The notes: generated from the letters alone by a model not told the origin. Positions 14,572 to 26,148 are shown, numbered from the whole stretch's first letter. The stretch is DNA of 58,984 bases, filler included, from 4 parts of 4 records of this genome joined end to end with filler, not necessarily neighbours in it, one strand, 5' to 3'. Numbers and translations are program-made.

Positions 14572-14678
14572 AATTCTTCAGATAGATCTTCAGCACATGA
14601 TTCCCCAGCACAATAAATGAGTCACGCTTACAACTTGTTGCTCAATAAATCATCCGTCACCTGCACAAATCTTGCGCG

Positions 14679-14707
14679 ATTATAGGGAAGCGCTATCATA
14701 CCTTCAA
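14679..14707 (-). promoter_or_regulatory. Sigma70-type promoter of atp operon
   Basis: Minus strand TTGAAG-17 bp-TATAAT upstream of atpI. Confidence 0.7.
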
Positions 14708-14787
14708 CCGAAGTTGCGCCGATTTCGCGCGATTCAGTGTCGACTTGCGACCAAAGGGTTAAAATAAGCGTCTATTTAGTAAGCCTG

Positions 14788-15720
14788 CTATTTAATATGC
14801 CCTAGAATCCCATCGAGCTCTTCAAGACTGGTATAACGAATTGTCACTTTCCCCTTCCCTTTTTGCCCGTGGTCAATAGAGACGGGCGCGCCAAGTAATT
14901 CCCCCAGATGTGTTTCAAGTCGTGCAACATCCGGTGTTTTGGCAGTGCGCGGCGGTGTCTGGGCAGGCATCTGGTTAGCTTGGACTTTTTTAACCAACGC
15001 TTCTGTGTCACGAACGGTTAAATCATTATTGACCACTTCATGAGCAATTTGGCGTTGCTGGGTACTGGTAAGCGATAGCAGGGCTCGCGCATGTCCCATA
15101 TCTAAATCGCCACGTTCCAGCAGCGTTTGCACTTCAGGGTCTAACGCTAACAAGCGCAATAAATTGGCGACTTGAGTGCGTGATTTACCAACTGCATCAG
15201 CAATTTGCTGCTGGGTAAGCTCAAACTCATCGCCAAGGCGCTTTAAGGCAAGTGCTTCTTCAATGGCATTAAGGTTTTCACGCTGAATATTTTCAATCAG
15301 CGCCAGAGCAAGTGCTACTTCATCACTGACATCGCGAATAACGGCGGGAATAACATCTAATTCAGCCAACTGCGCAGCACGCCAGCGGCGTTCACCCGCG
15401 ATAATTTCATAGCGGTTTTCACCCACTGGGCGAACCACAATAGGTTGCATCACCCCTTGTGCACGAATGGAATCGGCAAGCTCTTCTAATGCTTCTGGCT
15501 GAATATCCCGACGCGGCTGATATTTACCACGGGTAAGTTGGCCAAGAGGTAACCGTTCTAGCCGTTCAGCCGCCGCTTCTTCCGTTGGTGCTGCAGGCAA
15601 CAGTGACGTGTCTGCACTATCCAGCGTCACGCCACCGGTAAGATCTAAACTGTCACGACGACGGGCGCCCGCACCAATCAGGGCATCCAGGCCACGTCCT
15701 AGCGCGCGTTTACGCGTCAT
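14788..15720 (-). CDS. parB: Chromosome partitioning protein ParB
   Basis: LGRGLDALI, YQPRR, YEIIAGERRWRAA, ENIQRENLN, HTH. Confidence 0.96.
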   Translation of the reverse strand: MTRKRALGRGLDALIGAGARRRDSLDLTGGVTLDSADTSLLPAAPTEEAAAERLERLPLGQLTRGKYQPRRDIQPEALEELADSIRAQGVMQPIVVRPVGENRYEIIAGERRWRAAQLAELDVIPAVIRDVSDEVALALALIENIQRENLNAIEEALALKRLGDEFELTQQQIADAVGKSRTQVANLLRLLALDPEVQTLLERGDLDMGHARALLSLTSTQQRQIAHEVVNNDLTVRDTEALVKKVQANQMPAQTPPRTAKTPDVARLETHLGELLGAPVSIDHGQKGKGKVTIRYTSLEELDGILGHIK

Positions 15721-15744
15721 TCGCTTCCCCTCGTACTTTTTACG

Positions 15745-16512
15745 TTACAGCGATAGCCGCCGGATCATCTCTTTTGCTAGCACACGATAAGCCTGACTAC
15801 CTCGCGAAAAACGCGCGTATTGAGTAACAGGTAAGCCATGGCTTGGTGCTTCAGCAACCTTCACATTGCGCGGAATGGTTGTTTTTAACAGCGCATCGCC
15901 AAAAAAATCTCTCAGCTGTTTGTCGACTTCACGCGTCAAACTGGTGCGCTTGTCGTACATAGTACGCAGAATGCCAGAAACGGCTAGATCAGGATTAACG
16001 CTCTGTTTAATCTGCTCAACAGTATCCAGCAGCGCCGATAGCCCTTCCAATGCGTAAAATTCACACTGCAATGGAATAAGCACACCATTGGCGGCTGTCA
16101 ACGCATTCACGGTAAGCATATTCAGCGACGGCGGGCAGTCAATGAGGACGACATCATAGTCATCTGCCACCGTCTGCAGTGCTAACGACAAACGACTTTG
16201 CCGCTGGTCACTATCGAGCAGCTCTACTTCAGCGGCTGTTAAGTCGCCATTACCTGGTAGGACGTCGTATTTCACTGGAAGTCCGCGAACAATGGCATCG
16301 CTTGCGGTTGTTTCTCCCAGCAACACATCAAGTACACTTTTTTCGAGTGCGTACTTGTCGATGCCACTGCCCATGCTGGCATGCCCTTGTGGGTCTAAGT
16401 CTACCAGCAAGATACGACGATCAAGTGCTGCCAAACTGGCGGCGAGATTAACGGCTGAAGTGGACTTGCCCACACCGCCTTTTTGGTTGGTCAGGGCAAT
16501 GATCTGGCTCAC
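15745..16512 (-). CDS. parA: Chromosome partitioning ATPase ParA/Soj
   Basis: NQKGGVGKST deviant Walker A, DLDPQG, IDCPPSL, AEAPSHG. Confidence 0.96.
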   Translation of the reverse strand: MSQIIALTNQKGGVGKSTSAVNLAASLAALDRRILLVDLDPQGHASMGSGIDKYALEKSVLDVLLGETTASDAIVRGLPVKYDVLPGNGDLTAAEVELLDSDQRQSRLSLALQTVADDYDVVLIDCPPSLNMLTVNALTAANGVLIPLQCEFYALEGLSALLDTVEQIKQSVNPDLAVSGILRTMYDKRTSLTREVDKQLRDFFGDALLKTTIPRNVKVAEAPSHGLPVTQYARFSRGSQAYRVLAKEMIRRLSL

Positions 16513-17177
16513 TACTCAACTCCTTTTGGGGTCAGAATCAACAGCTGCCGCTCGGCCGTCTCGAAGGGTACACGCAGTAGATGACGCGCCTGGAGCTCAA
16601 CATAGTCAGGCAACTCCCGCAGTTCATCATCAGCGCCAGGGCCTTTCATAGCAAGCCACTGCCCATGAGCTGCCGGTAGCGCTCGGGTTAGCGAGATAAA
16701 GTCTACCAAGCTGGCAAAGGCTCGGGAAATCACTTGATCAAACGTCTGGCCATTGAATTGCTCGACACGCGCTTGGGTTGGCGTGACGTTGGTCAACGCT
16801 AACTCCATCACTGCTTGACGTTGAAAGCGAACTTTTTTGCCATTGCTATCGAGTAGCGTTACCTGCAGTTCAGGCTTCATGATAGCAAGCACAAGGCCGG
16901 GCAAACCGGGGCCAGCGCCTACATCAAGTATCTGTGGCCCATGAACATAAGGTGCGACAGCAGCACTATCCAACACGTGCCGTGAGACCATCTCTTCAAC
17001 ATCGCGTACAGCGGTGAGGTTATAAGCCTGATTCCACTTGTGCAACAGCGCGAGCAAGCCTAGCAGCTGTTCGCGCTGTTGGGGGGTTACAGTGGCTCCT
17101 AGTGCTGCTAATCCTTCTTCTAACCGAGGGGCAACGGTTTCAGGCAAGCTGTTAATCAACGGCGTTAATTGACTCAT
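16512..17177 (-). CDS. rsmG: 16S rRNA m7G527 methyltransferase (GidB)
   Basis: [33 protein letters not shown]; follows mnmG. Confidence 0.96.
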   Translation of the reverse strand: MSQLTPLINSLPETVAPRLEEGLAALGATVTPQQREQLLGLLALLHKWNQAYNLTAVRDVEEMVSRHVLDSAAVAPYVHGPQILDVGAGPGLPGLVLAIMKPELQVTLLDSNGKKVRFQRQAVMELALTNVTPTQARVEQFNGQTFDQVISRAFASLVDFISLTRALPAAHGQWLAMKGPGADDELRELPDYVELQARHLLRVPFETAERQLLILTPKGVE

Positions 17178-19078
17178 CCGTTAACGACCTCGGTAGTACT
17201 GACTAAGCGACGTTTTTTCAAATGTATTAGCAAAATAGAGACCGCAGCAGGAGTCACGCCTGAAATTCTAGCCGCCTGCGCCAGGGTTTCAGGGCGCGTT
17301 TCACTAAGCTTTTGGCGGATCTCGTTGGATAGCCCTTCTACCCGTTGATAATCCAGCTCGGCTGGCAGCGGTGTTGCTTCATGGCGCTTGAGCTTATCGA
17401 TCTCATCCTGTTGACGGTCGATATACCCTTGGTATTTCGCTTGAATTTGTACTTGCTCGGCAACCGCTTCATCGTCAACACCACCGCTTTCAATGCCAGG
17501 CAGCGATGTAATATCTGCATAGCTAAGCTCTGGGCGCTTCAACAAGTCACTTAAACAGTACTCTCGGGGAAGCGGCCTACCGGTTTTTTCAGCAATTTTC
17601 GCGGCGGCTGGTGTATTGGGCTGCACCCAAACAGTAGCTAGCCGTGCTGTTTCCCGTTCGATGGCTTCGCGTTTCTGGCTAAATGACGACCAACGTTTGT
17701 CATCAACTAAGCCAAGCTCGCGCCCTTTTTCCGTTAAGCGCAGATCAGCATTGTCTTCGCGTAGCAGCAGACGGTATTCCGCACGCGAGGTAAACATGCG
17801 GTAGGGCTCTTTGGTGCCCATAGTAATCAGGTCATCCACCAACACACCGAGATAAGCTTCATCACGGCGAGGATGCCACGCCTCTAACTGTTTGGCGCGG
17901 CGAGCGGCATTCAAGCCTGCCAGCAACCCTTGAGCTCCAGCCTCTTCGTAGCCGGTAGTACCGTTGATTTGTCCGGCGAAAAACAGGTTGTGGATAAATT
18001 TAGTTTCCAGGGAGTGTTTTAAATCCCGGGGATCAAAAAAGTCGTACTCAATAGCGTAGCCAGGCCGTGTGATATGAGCGTTTTCTAAGCCTTTAATTGA
18101 GCGAACCACTTGTAGCTGAACATCGAAAGGCAACGACGTCGAGATTCCGTTGGGATAGAGCTCATGGGTATCCAACCCTTCAGGCTCAATAAATACCTGA
18201 TGGCTTGATTTGTCGGCAAAGCGGTGAACTTTATCTTCAATCGATGGGCAGTATCGCGGACCAACGCCTTCGATCACACCGGAATACATAGGCGAGCGAT
18301 CAAGATTCGCCATGATGATTTCATGGGTGCGCTCATTGGTGTGCGCTATGTGGCAACTCACCTGCTGTGGGTGCATCTCCCGTGAACCAAGGTATGACAT
18401 GACTGGCGTTGGGGTGTCACCTGGCTGTTCTTCCAACGATGTGAAGTCAACGGTTTTGGCATCAATTCGTGGAGGCGTCCCGGTTTTTAGCCGATCAACG
18501 CGAAACGGTAGTGCGCGTAAGCGTTCAGCTAGCGCGTTTGAAGGCGGGTCACCGGCGCGGCCACCGCGGCTTTGATCTAACCCAATGTGGATAACGCCAC
18601 CCAAAAACGTACCGGTTGACAGCACAACGGACTCCGCATGGAAGCGGATGCCTGTTTCGGTCACAACGCCTCGAACGGTGTTGTTATCCACAATCAGATC
18701 GCCAGCGGCTTGCTGAAAAATCGTTAAGTTCGGCTGGTTTTCCAGCATTCCCCGAATAGCAGCTTTGTAGCGAATTCGGTCTGCTTGAGCACGTGTTGCT
18801 CGAACGGCTGGACCTTTACGAGCGTTCAATACCCGAAACTGGATGCCGCCTAAGTCCGTGGCTAGCCCCATTGCACCACCGAGTGCATCAATTTCTTTTA
18901 CCAGGTGGCTTTTGCCAATCCCACCAATCGCTGGATTGCACGACATTTGGCCGAGCGTTTCGATGTTGTGGGTTAGCAATAGGGTTTGACAACCCATACG
19001 AGCAGAGGCCAATGCGGCTTCAGTTCCCGCATGGCCACCGCCGATGACAATCACGTCAAAGCGGTCGGGATAGTTCAA
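17174..19078 (-). CDS. mnmG: tRNA uridine-5-carboxymethylaminomethyl modification enzyme (GidA)
   Basis: [50 protein letters not shown] start. Confidence 0.98.
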   Translation of the reverse strand: MNYPDRFDVIVIGGGHAGTEAALASARMGCQTLLLTHNIETLGQMSCNPAIGGIGKSHLVKEIDALGGAMGLATDLGGIQFRVLNARKGPAVRATRAQADRIRYKAAIRGMLENQPNLTIFQQAAGDLIVDNNTVRGVVTETGIRFHAESVVLSTGTFLGGVIHIGLDQSRGGRAGDPPSNALAERLRALPFRVDRLKTGTPPRIDAKTVDFTSLEEQPGDTPTPVMSYLGSREMHPQQVSCHIAHTNERTHEIIMANLDRSPMYSGVIEGVGPRYCPSIEDKVHRFADKSSHQVFIEPEGLDTHELYPNGISTSLPFDVQLQVVRSIKGLENAHITRPGYAIEYDFFDPRDLKHSLETKFIHNLFFAGQINGTTGYEEAGAQGLLAGLNAARRAKQLEAWHPRRDEAYLGVLVDDLITMGTKEPYRMFTSRAEYRLLLREDNADLRLTEKGRELGLVDDKRWSSFSQKREAIERETARLATVWVQPNTPAAAKIAEKTGRPLPREYCLSDLLKRPELSYADITSLPGIESGGVDDEAVAEQVQIQAKYQGYIDRQQDEIDKLKRHEATPLPAELDYQRVEGLSNEIRQKLSETRPETLAQAARISGVTPAAVSILLIHLKKRRLVSTTEVVNG

Positions 19079-19152
19079 GAGGCACCTCGTCTTGCGCCGT
19101 TTGGCACGGATGATGTGAGTCAGTATTGGTTCACTGATTGAGTAAGCCCGCC

Positions 19153-19181
19153 AGTATAAACCTCCTGTGGGTAACCGTCAG
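19153..19181 (-). promoter_or_regulatory. Putative mnmG promoter with a DnaA box in its spacer
   Basis: Minus strand CTGACG-17 bp-TATACT; TGTGGGTAA (19166-19174) lies between the hexamers. Confidence 0.5.
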
Positions 19182-19565
19182 GTTTTTCCACACCCCAAGC
19201 TAAGCATTCATCTATTATTAATAACAAAATAAAAATATATAAGAGAAGTTCTGTTGATGTTGTAACTACTGGTGTGGACAAAATCTGTTGATAACCCAAA
19301 TAAGTTTATATATTTCAGTTTCTTAAATTGTTAGCTTTTACATGATTAAACGGAGGAGTAGCTGCGTAGAAGCGGTGCCACTCCTGTGGATGAAAGTGCA
19401 GCTTATGCACAGGCATGACAGACAACGGGTTATCCACCGACCCATACCGAGTTTGTTACCGCACCTGTGAACAAGTGTGATTGGTAGCTTAAAAAGACCT
19501 GATTAGCGCTCATGGTAGGTGTCGTAGAGCAATATGATGCAGCGTGTAAAAAATAGTATCCACAG
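19160..19565. other. oriC-like replication origin (DnaA box cluster plus AT-rich unwinding element)
   Basis: Nine near-consensus TTATCCACA boxes: 19166, 19184, 19273, 19286, 19385, 19403, 19430, 19466, 19556; very AT-rich tracts at about 19205-19245 and 19298-19350; directly upstream of mnmG(gidA). Confidence 0.8.
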
Positions 19566-19567
19566 GC

Positions 19568-19600
19568 AAAAAAATGGCCTGTCGCGGTGACAGGCCATTT
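19568..19600 (-). terminator. Intrinsic terminator of ABC transporter operon, shielding the origin region
   Basis: Minus strand ATGGCCTGTC-loop-GACAGGCCAT followed by a T run. Confidence 0.85.
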
Positions 19601-19642
19601 AACGGGGCAAAAATGGGCAAAAAAGTCAGATTAATTCCGACA

Positions 19643-20401
19643 TTAATGCTTCAAAACACGTGCAAGAAAGGATTGTGTTCGCTCATGTTGTGGCGTATCG
19701 AACAGTTGCTCGGGAGGGCCTTGTTCGGCAATTTCGCCTTTATGGATAAAAATAACGCGATCTGCCACTTCACGGGCAAAGCCCATTTCATGGGTCACTA
19801 TCACCATGGTCATGCCTTCTTTGGCAAGTTCACGCATGGCATCCAGCACTTCACCAATCATTTCAGGGTCAAGCGCTGATGTAGGCTCGTCAAACAGCAT
19901 CAGGCGGGGTTCCATGGCTAACGCCCGGGCTAACGCCACACGCTGCTGCTGCCCACCCGAGAGCTGGCTTGGGTACTTATCTGCTTGGTCGGCAATACCA
20001 ACGCGCTCTAACAGTCGTTCAGCGGTCTCTTCGGCATCTTGGCGGCTCCACCCCCGCACTTTCATGGGCGCAAGGGTAACGTTGTCGCGCACGCTCAAGT
20101 GGGGAAAAAGGTTGAACTGCTGAAACACCATGCCGACTTCAGTACGGATAGTTTGTAGCGCTTTACTGCTTTTACCGTTGGGCAGTAATTGGTTGCCATC
20201 AACATCAAGAGAGCCGGCTTGAAACTCTTCTAAGCCGTTAATACAGCGGATGAGCGTTGATTTACCAGAGCCACTGGCACCGATGATAACGACGACTTCA
20301 CCAGGCACAATTTCAAGATCAACATTATTGAGTACGTGCAGGCTGCCAAAATGCTTATTGAGCTGCTGCATACGCACAATTGGCGATTGGGTAGAGGTCA
20401 T
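19643..20401 (-). CDS. Polar amino acid ABC transporter ATP-binding protein (GlnQ-like)
   Basis: [45 protein letters not shown]; likely start ATG 20401. Confidence 0.93.
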   Translation of the reverse strand: MTSTQSPIVRMQQLNKHFGSLHVLNNVDLEIVPGEVVVIIGASGSGKSTLIRCINGLEEFQAGSLDVDGNQLLPNGKSSKALQTIRTEVGMVFQQFNLFPHLSVRDNVTLAPMKVRGWSRQDAEETAERLLERVGIADQADKYPSQLSGGQQQRVALARALAMEPRLMLFDEPTSALDPEMIGEVLDAMRELAKEGMTMVIVTHEMGFAREVADRVIFIHKGEIAEQGPPEQLFDTPQHERTQSFLARVLKH

Positions 20402-20411
20402 TGCACGTTCC

Positions 20412-21083
20412 TTATTGTCCTGCGAGGCCTCTGCGCTCAATTTGGCGCAGAATCAAAGAGAGAGTCCAGGTGATGGCAAGGTACATCAGCGCCACCATGA
20501 AATAGACCTCTAGTGCGGTAAAGGTAGTGGCAATATAAATTTGCCCTTGGCGGACTAATTCACCGACCCCGATAACAGAAAATAGCGAGGTATCTTTGAT
20601 ACTGATGATGCCCTGGTTACCCAGTGGAGGAATCATGCGCCGTAGGGCTTGGGGCCAAATTACGTAGCGAAAAGATTGAGTTCGAGACAAGCCTAGCGAA
20701 AGTGATGCTTCTCGCTGGCCACGTTCGATAGACTGTACGCCGCCTCGTACAATTTCAGAGATATAAGCCCCTGAATTAATGGCGATCGCGGCAATGCCGG
20801 CAACGAGTGCGTTGATCGGGCCTCCCAGCAATTGGGGTAAGCCATAAAAGATAAACAGAACCTGCACTAAAATGGGCGTGCCGCGAAACACTTCGACGTA
20901 CAAAACTGCTGGCCAGCGCAGCCAGCGCACTGGGCTAATACGCAATAAACCAAAGAATATGCCAATAAAGAAGCCGATCGCTAGGCCGCCGAATGATATA
21001 AGCAGCGTCCAAGGAATACCTGGTAACAGATAAGGGATCGACCCAAATGCGGCCGACCAATCAAACTGAAAGTTAACGTCCAC
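20412..21083 (-). CDS. Polar amino acid ABC transporter permease (GlnP-like)
   Basis: [28 protein letters not shown] loop, IKDTSL. Confidence 0.93.
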   Translation of the reverse strand: MDVNFQFDWSAAFGSIPYLLPGIPWTLLISFGGLAIGFFIGIFFGLLRISPVRWLRWPAVLYVEVFRGTPILVQVLFIFYGLPQLLGGPINALVAGIAAIAINSGAYISEIVRGGVQSIERGQREASLSLGLSRTQSFRYVIWPQALRRMIPPLGNQGIISIKDTSLFSVIGVGELVRQGQIYIATTFTALEVYFMVALMYLAITWTLSLILRQIERRGLAGQ

Positions 21084-21181
21084 GCGTTATCTCCAGAAAA
21101 ATAAACAACGACACAGGGCCGGGGGAATAGCCGCCCGGCCCTGAGATGAAAAGCGCTCGTTAGTGATAGCGAACAGCGATG

Positions 21182-21952
21182 TTATTCAGCGCTGGGGGCT
21201 TCACCAAACCACTTTGTGTAGATTTCATCATAGGTGCCGTCTTCGCGCATGGAAGCAAGTGCTTCGTTGGTAGGCTCTACCCACTCGCTGCCTTTATGGA
21301 AAACGATACCGTACTGCTGGCCTTCATACAGCGGGCCAACCACTTTGGTACGGCCTTCGCCGCGGGTTTGTGAGAAGTAGGCAACGTTAGGGGCGTCGTA
21401 CAGCACGGCATCAACGTTGCGCCCTAACAGCGCCATGTACATATCGGCGGTGCCTGGATAGGGAGTAATGTCGGCATCTTCACCGAGTTCCTGTTGAAGG
21501 AAGTCGTAGCTGGTAGAGCCGATTTTGGTGGCAACGGTGAGACCCGCTAGGTCCTCAAGCGAAGAGACCTCTTCGTTGTCGGCGCGCACGATAATTTGCA
21601 GACCTGAGTCATAGTAGGGAGCGGAGAAGTCGACAACTTCGGCACGCTCATCTGTAATGGTGATGCCTGCAAGGGCGATTTCCTGGCTGCCGGTTTGGAC
21701 GGCGGGAATGATGCCAGAGAATTCCATCGTGGTGAGGTTAACGTCAAAGCCTGCACGTTCGGCGACTGCGTTGATGATATCCATATCGAAACCGATCATT
21801 TCGCCAGTTTCTGGATCCATCATTTCAAACGGTACAAAGCTTGGGTCAGTGGCCACATTGACAGTAGGCGTTTGTGCAAACGCGACAGTGGTACTGCCTA
21901 AGCCCAGTGCAAGGGCGGTAGCAATGACAGATTTTTTTAGTAGGTAATTCAT
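21182..21952 (-). CDS. Polar amino acid ABC transporter substrate-binding protein (GlnH-like)
   Basis: Signal peptide; [43 protein letters not shown]. Confidence 0.92.
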   Translation of the reverse strand: MNYLLKKSVIATALALGLGSTTVAFAQTPTVNVATDPSFVPFEMMDPETGEMIGFDMDIINAVAERAGFDVNLTTMEFSGIIPAVQTGSQEIALAGITITDERAEVVDFSAPYYDSGLQIIVRADNEEVSSLEDLAGLTVATKIGSTSYDFLQQELGEDADITPYPGTADMYMALLGRNVDAVLYDAPNVAYFSQTRGEGRTKVVGPLYEGQQYGIVFHKGSEWVEPTNEALASMREDGTYDEIYTKWFGEAPSAE

Positions 21953-22101
21953 TCGTTTCCCCGTGTTTTATTTGGTTAGCGACGCGATTTAAAGAAGATT
22001 TACGCTTATAAATTCCGTCTGCAACCGTTATTGACCTTTTAACCTTGGCGAGAAACCACCAAGGCGTCAAGTCACGGGGAGGGGGTTGTTACCAACGTTG
22101 G

Positions 22102-22455
22102 TTAGACCATGAAGGAAGCTCCACAGCCGCAGGTGGTCGTAGCGTTGGGGTTTTGAACACGAAAACGGGCACCTGCTAACCCTTCTTCATAGTCAATGGT
22201 TGAACCCACCAAGTATTGGTAGGAGAGAGGATCGACGACGAGGATCGCATCGCCAAATTCAATTAACGTGTCGTCTTCGGCCACGTTTTCAGCAAAATCA
22301 AACCCATACTGGAACCCCGAGCAGCCACCACCGGTGACATAAACGCGGAGTTTCAGCGCAGGGTTAGCCTCTTCTGCTATAAGTGCTTGGATGCGTTTCC
22401 GAGCACTATCAGACAATAGTAGAGGCGTTGGAACAAAAGCTTCTGCACCGCTCAT
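22102..22455 (-). CDS. erpA: Iron-sulfur cluster insertion protein ErpA
   Basis: [31 protein letters not shown]; downstream of argC. Confidence 0.93.
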   Translation of the reverse strand: MSGAEAFVPTPLLLSDSARKRIQALIAEEANPALKLRVYVTGGGCSGFQYGFDFAENVAEDDTLIEFGDAILVVDPLSYQYLVGSTIDYEEGLAGARFRVQNPNATTTCGCGASFMV

Positions 22456-22503
22456 GGGTACCTCCCGCGAGCTTTAAGAACGAATAATCGGCATCGGAGT
22501 GTG

Positions 22504-22537
22504 ATTATGGGTAATTCCCAGCAAAATGGTCAACTAT
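22504..22537 (-). promoter_or_regulatory. erpA promoter overlapped by IscR type 1-like operator
   Basis: Minus strand ATAGTTGACCATTTTGCTGGGAATT (22537-22513) containing -35 TTGACC, 18-bp spacer, -10 CATAAT. Confidence 0.7.
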
Positions 22538-22553
22538 TGTGTTGGGGTATCAA

Positions 22554-22650
22554 GCAGAGGGTAGCTCGCCGAGGAGGCGCTTTGAATCCTTCCTTGGACG
22601 CTACATTTGCCTTCCCTGGCAAATGACCTCCTCTTTGAGCTGCCCTCTGC
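22554..22650. repeat. 97-bp nested inverted-repeat element (REP/MITE-like) between argC and erpA
   Basis: GCAGAGGGTAGCTC/GAGCTGCCCTCTGC outer arms, GAGGAGG/CCTCCTC inner arms, CATTTGCC-TTCCCT-GGCAAATG sub-hairpin. Confidence 0.7.
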
Positions 22651-22670
22651 ATGCTGGTATTTGGTGTGAT

Positions 22671-23705
22671 TCAAGGCATCAACGCTGGGGCGTTGAGACC
22701 CATATTTTCGTCAAAGCCAAACATGAGGTTGAGGTTTTGAATCGCTTGGCCTGATGCGCCTTTAACGAGGTTATCAATGACCGAGAGCACGACTACGGTA
22801 TTGCCATTACCAGGACGGTGAACAGCGATACGGCAGGTATTGTTGCCTTTGACGCTGCGAGTTTCCGGATGACTGCCTGCAGGCATGACGTCAACAAACG
22901 GCTCGTGGGCGTAACGCTGCTCAAAGAGGGCCTGTAAATCGCCTGGCTCTTCAGTCAGCGTACTATAGAGCGTGGCATGAATGCCGCGGATCATAGGCGT
23001 TAAGTGCGGCACAAAGGTAAGCCCCACGGCGTTTGACTGCATATCGCTCAAGCCTTGACGAATTTCAGGCAAATGGCGATGTCCGGATGCACCGTAGGCT
23101 TTCATCGATTCGCTGGCCTCGGCTAGCAGCGAGGCAACTTTGGCACCACGGCCTGCGCCGGTAACGCCTGATTTGCAGTCAGCGATTAACTGGCTTGCGT
23201 CAATCAAACCAGCTTCCAAAAGCGGCAGATAGCCGAGTTGGACAGCCGTTGGATAGCATCCTGGTACGGCAATTAAGCGAGCCTTTTTGATTTTCTCACG
23301 ATGCATTTCTGGCAGGCCATACACGGCTTCTTTTAGCAGTTCCGGGGCGCCATGGGGCTGGTCGTACCACTGGCTCCATTCGGCGGCGTCGCGCAGCCGG
23401 AAATCCGCAGATAAGTCGATTACTCGCGTGCCATTGTCGAGCAGTTCGCCTGCTAGTGCATGGGCGACCCCGTGGGGTGTTGCAAAGAACACCGCATCCA
23501 GTGCACCCAGTGCCTTGGCGTCTGGCTCGCTAAACGTGAGGGCGTCATAGTGGCCGCGCAGGTTGGGATACATATCGCATACCTTCACGCCTGCTTCCGA
23601 GCGCGAGGTAATGGCTTCTACGCTTACCTGGGGATGCTGGGCAAGTAACCGTAACAGCTCAACGCCGGTATAGCCGGTACCGCCTACAATGCCAACCTTA
23701 ATCAC
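22671..23705 (-). CDS. argC: N-acetyl-gamma-glutamyl-phosphate reductase
   Basis: [42 protein letters not shown]; likely GTG start 23705 after AAGGAG. Confidence 0.96.
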   Translation of the reverse strand: MIKVGIVGGTGYTGVELLRLLAQHPQVSVEAITSRSEAGVKVCDMYPNLRGHYDALTFSEPDAKALGALDAVFFATPHGVAHALAGELLDNGTRVIDLSADFRLRDAAEWSQWYDQPHGAPELLKEAVYGLPEMHREKIKKARLIAVPGCYPTAVQLGYLPLLEAGLIDASQLIADCKSGVTGAGRGAKVASLLAEASESMKAYGASGHRHLPEIRQGLSDMQSNAVGLTFVPHLTPMIRGIHATLYSTLTEEPGDLQALFEQRYAHEPFVDVMPAGSHPETRSVKGNNTCRIAVHRPGNGNTVVVLSVIDNLVKGASGQAIQNLNLMFGFDENMGLNAPALMP

Positions 23706-23903
23706 AAACCACTCCTTGCGCATTACGCACAGTCAGACCCAACAATAATTAACAGCCTAATGAGATACCTCAGGCTGTTGAACTGTAGCTAGCTATGATA
23801 CACAAGAGAGCAGGCGCGTAAGAGCGCTATAGGGAAACAGGCATATGTTCACTAACGAGAACATGATGCGTAAAAGCGAATAATAGGCGCAAGGACGGAC
23901 GTT

Positions 23904-25694
23904 GTGGCACGTTTTTCCCGGTCGGATTTCACCTTGGAAAGTTTTCGTCGCCAGCTGGCGAATGTTGATGCCCTGCCTCAGCTGTGTGTGCTGGGGTTAG
24001 TGTCTGGGGTGATCACAGGCGCGGTGATGGTGGCTTTTCGCTTATTGCTAGAGGTAGGTGCTGCCCTTTATATGCCTGAGGGCAATCCTGAGGCCTTTGA
24101 AGGGCTCGCGCCATGGCTTCGTGCACTGCTGCCGATAATTGCCGTGACGCTGATTGGCACGCTGCTCTATCGGCAAAAGGCCGCTGCCCGTAAGTTAGGT
24201 GTTGGCCATGTTATTGAGCGTCTCACCTATCATCAGGGACGTTTCCCTATGCGCAACTGGCTTAACCAGTGGTGGGTGGGCGTTGTGTCTGTGCTGGGTG
24301 GTCTCTCCGCAGGACGTGAAGGCCCTGCCATTCATCTGGGCGCAGCGGCCTCCAGTGGCCTAGGTCTCAAGCTTCGCTTGCCCAATAACAGTTTACGGGT
24401 GCTAGTTGCTTGCGGTACGGCGGCAGGTATATCCGCATCATTTAATACGCCAATCGCAGGGGTGATTTTCGCCATGGAAGTGGTGATGATGGAATACACC
24501 CTGATGAGCTTTATGCCGGTGATACTCGCCTCTACCATGGGGGCATTGGTCGCTCAATTGGTGTATGGCAACGAACCGGCGTTTCGCATTCCTGAAGTTG
24601 CCCTAGGTTCGTTAATGAATGTGCCTTGGGTGGTCATTATTGGTTTGGTGATTGGCCTATTAGCGGGTGTATTTATTCATCTTTCGCGTAGCCAGTACTT
24701 ACAGCAGTGGCCGCTATGGCTTAGGTTAGGTGCCGTCGGGGTGATAACGGGCGCTGTTGCGTGGTGGTTTCCTGAAGTACAAGGCATTGGTTACGACAGC
24801 GTTGCGGCTATGTTGAATAATCAGCTGGCGATTACTGTGTTGTTGGCATTGATGATCGCGAAGTTATTGATTACTGCCATTACCGTGGCAGGTGGTGTAC
24901 CAATCGGCATTATTGGCCCCGTGCTAGTGGTCGGTGCTGCCACCGGTGCTCTAGGGGGAATGTTGGGCGGCTGGGTATGGCCAGATAAAGCGGCAGACCC
25001 TGGCATTTATGCCATGCTGGGCATGGCGGCAATGATGGGCGCGGTATTGCAAGCACCGCTTGCCGCCTTAATGGCGTTACTTGAACTAACGCATTCGCCA
25101 CATATCATGTTGCCTGGCATGCTCGTTGTGGTGGTTGCCTGCCTAACATCTCGTCAGCTTACCGGTTGCGAGGGCTTTTTTATTAGCTCGGTGCGCTACG
25201 GCTTACATCCGTTACAGCAGCCTTTAATGCAGGCGCTTTCGCGGGTATCGGTGCCAGCGGTAATGGAGCGCCACTTAGTACGCACAGATCGAATGATTAC
25301 GCCTGATCAGGCACGGCGTCTGTTGGAAACGAATCCTGTGTGGCTAGTGATTGAGCGCTCCAGTGCAGAAAAACCAGTGCTGGCGCTTAAAGCCGCTGAG
25401 CTTGCGCGTTGGTTACTGGAGCATGATGAAGCGCTGCAAGACGAAGCCCCACCAGAAGACGAGTTCATTGATTTGCTTGAGATCCCTGGGCAGCGGCTTG
25501 AAATGGCACCTATCGGATTACAAGCAACGCTATCGGAAGCGTTTCTAAAACTTCAGGACAATGCGCTAGGCGCACTCTATGTCGTGCATGGTTATCGACC
25601 AAAGCAGCAGCGAATTTCAGGTATCATTACGCGTGGCGCTATCGAACGTTATTATCACTACACTGACCCCCGCGGTGCTGATTCCCAGCAATGA
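23904..25694 (+). CDS. ClC family chloride channel/transporter with C-terminal CBS-like region
   Basis: GREGPAIH, FNTPIAGVIFAME, many TM helices. Confidence 0.9.
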   Translation: MARFSRSDFTLESFRRQLANVDALPQLCVLGLVSGVITGAVMVAFRLLLEVGAALYMPEGNPEAFEGLAPWLRALLPIIAVTLIGTLLYRQKAAARKLGVGHVIERLTYHQGRFPMRNWLNQWWVGVVSVLGGLSAGREGPAIHLGAAASSGLGLKLRLPNNSLRVLVACGTAAGISASFNTPIAGVIFAMEVVMMEYTLMSFMPVILASTMGALVAQLVYGNEPAFRIPEVALGSLMNVPWVVIIGLVIGLLAGVFIHLSRSQYLQQWPLWLRLGAVGVITGAVAWWFPEVQGIGYDSVAAMLNNQLAITVLLALMIAKLLITAITVAGGVPIGIIGPVLVVGAATGALGGMLGGWVWPDKAADPGIYAMLGMAAMMGAVLQAPLAALMALLELTHSPHIMLPGMLVVVVACLTSRQLTGCEGFFISSVRYGLHPLQQPLMQALSRVSVPAVMERHLVRTDRMITPDQARRLLETNPVWLVIERSSAEKPVLALKAAELARWLLEHDEALQDEAPPEDEFIDLLEIPGQRLEMAPIGLQATLSEAFLKLQDNALGALYVVHGYRPKQQRISGIITRGAIERYYHYTDPRGADSQQ

Positions 25695-25716
25695 GCCCAA
25701 CGCCTAAGGAGAGACC

Positions 25717-26148
25717 ATGTATTTATGGGTAAAGGCCATTCATTTGATGGCGGTTGTTACCTGGTTTGCTGCGCTATTTTATTTACCGCGACTGTATGTG
25801 TACCACGCCATGGCGCGGGACACAGGCGATGAGCAAGCGATCACTTACTTTAAAACCATGGAGCGTAAGTTGTACCGTGGGATTATGACGCCATCGATGA
25901 TCATTGTGCTGATCTTTGGTGGCTGGATGCTTTATCTTGTACCCGATTGGTTGAGCCAAGGGTGGATGCACGCTAAGTTAACGCTTGTCGCTCTGTTAAT
26001 CGCCTATCATCATGTTTGCTTAATTTATTTGAAGCAATTTGATCAAGCCCGCTGCACCAAAAGCCATGTGTTTTTCCGCTGGTTTAACGAAGCGCCCGTG
26101 ATTGCGTTAATCGCGATTATTATCCTGGCGGTGGTGAAGCCCTTTTGA
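25717..26148 (+). CDS. hemJ: Protoporphyrinogen oxidase HemJ
   Basis: WVKAIHLMAVVTWFAALFYLPRLYVYH, MERKL, FRWFNEAP, VVKPF. Confidence 0.93.
   Translation: MYLWVKAIHLMAVVTWFAALFYLPRLYVYHAMARDTGDEQAITYFKTMERKLYRGIMTPSMIIVLIFGGWMLYLVPDWLSQGWMHAKLTLVALLIAYHHVCLIYLKQFDQARCTKSHVFFRWFNEAPVIALIAIIILAVVKPF

Noticed and set aside
24170..24290. ClC protein has KLGVGH in place of the GSGIP selectivity motif
   Set aside because: Gating Glu (GREGP) is intact and I believe this variant is common in this gammaproteobacterial ClC subgroup; no basis for novelty
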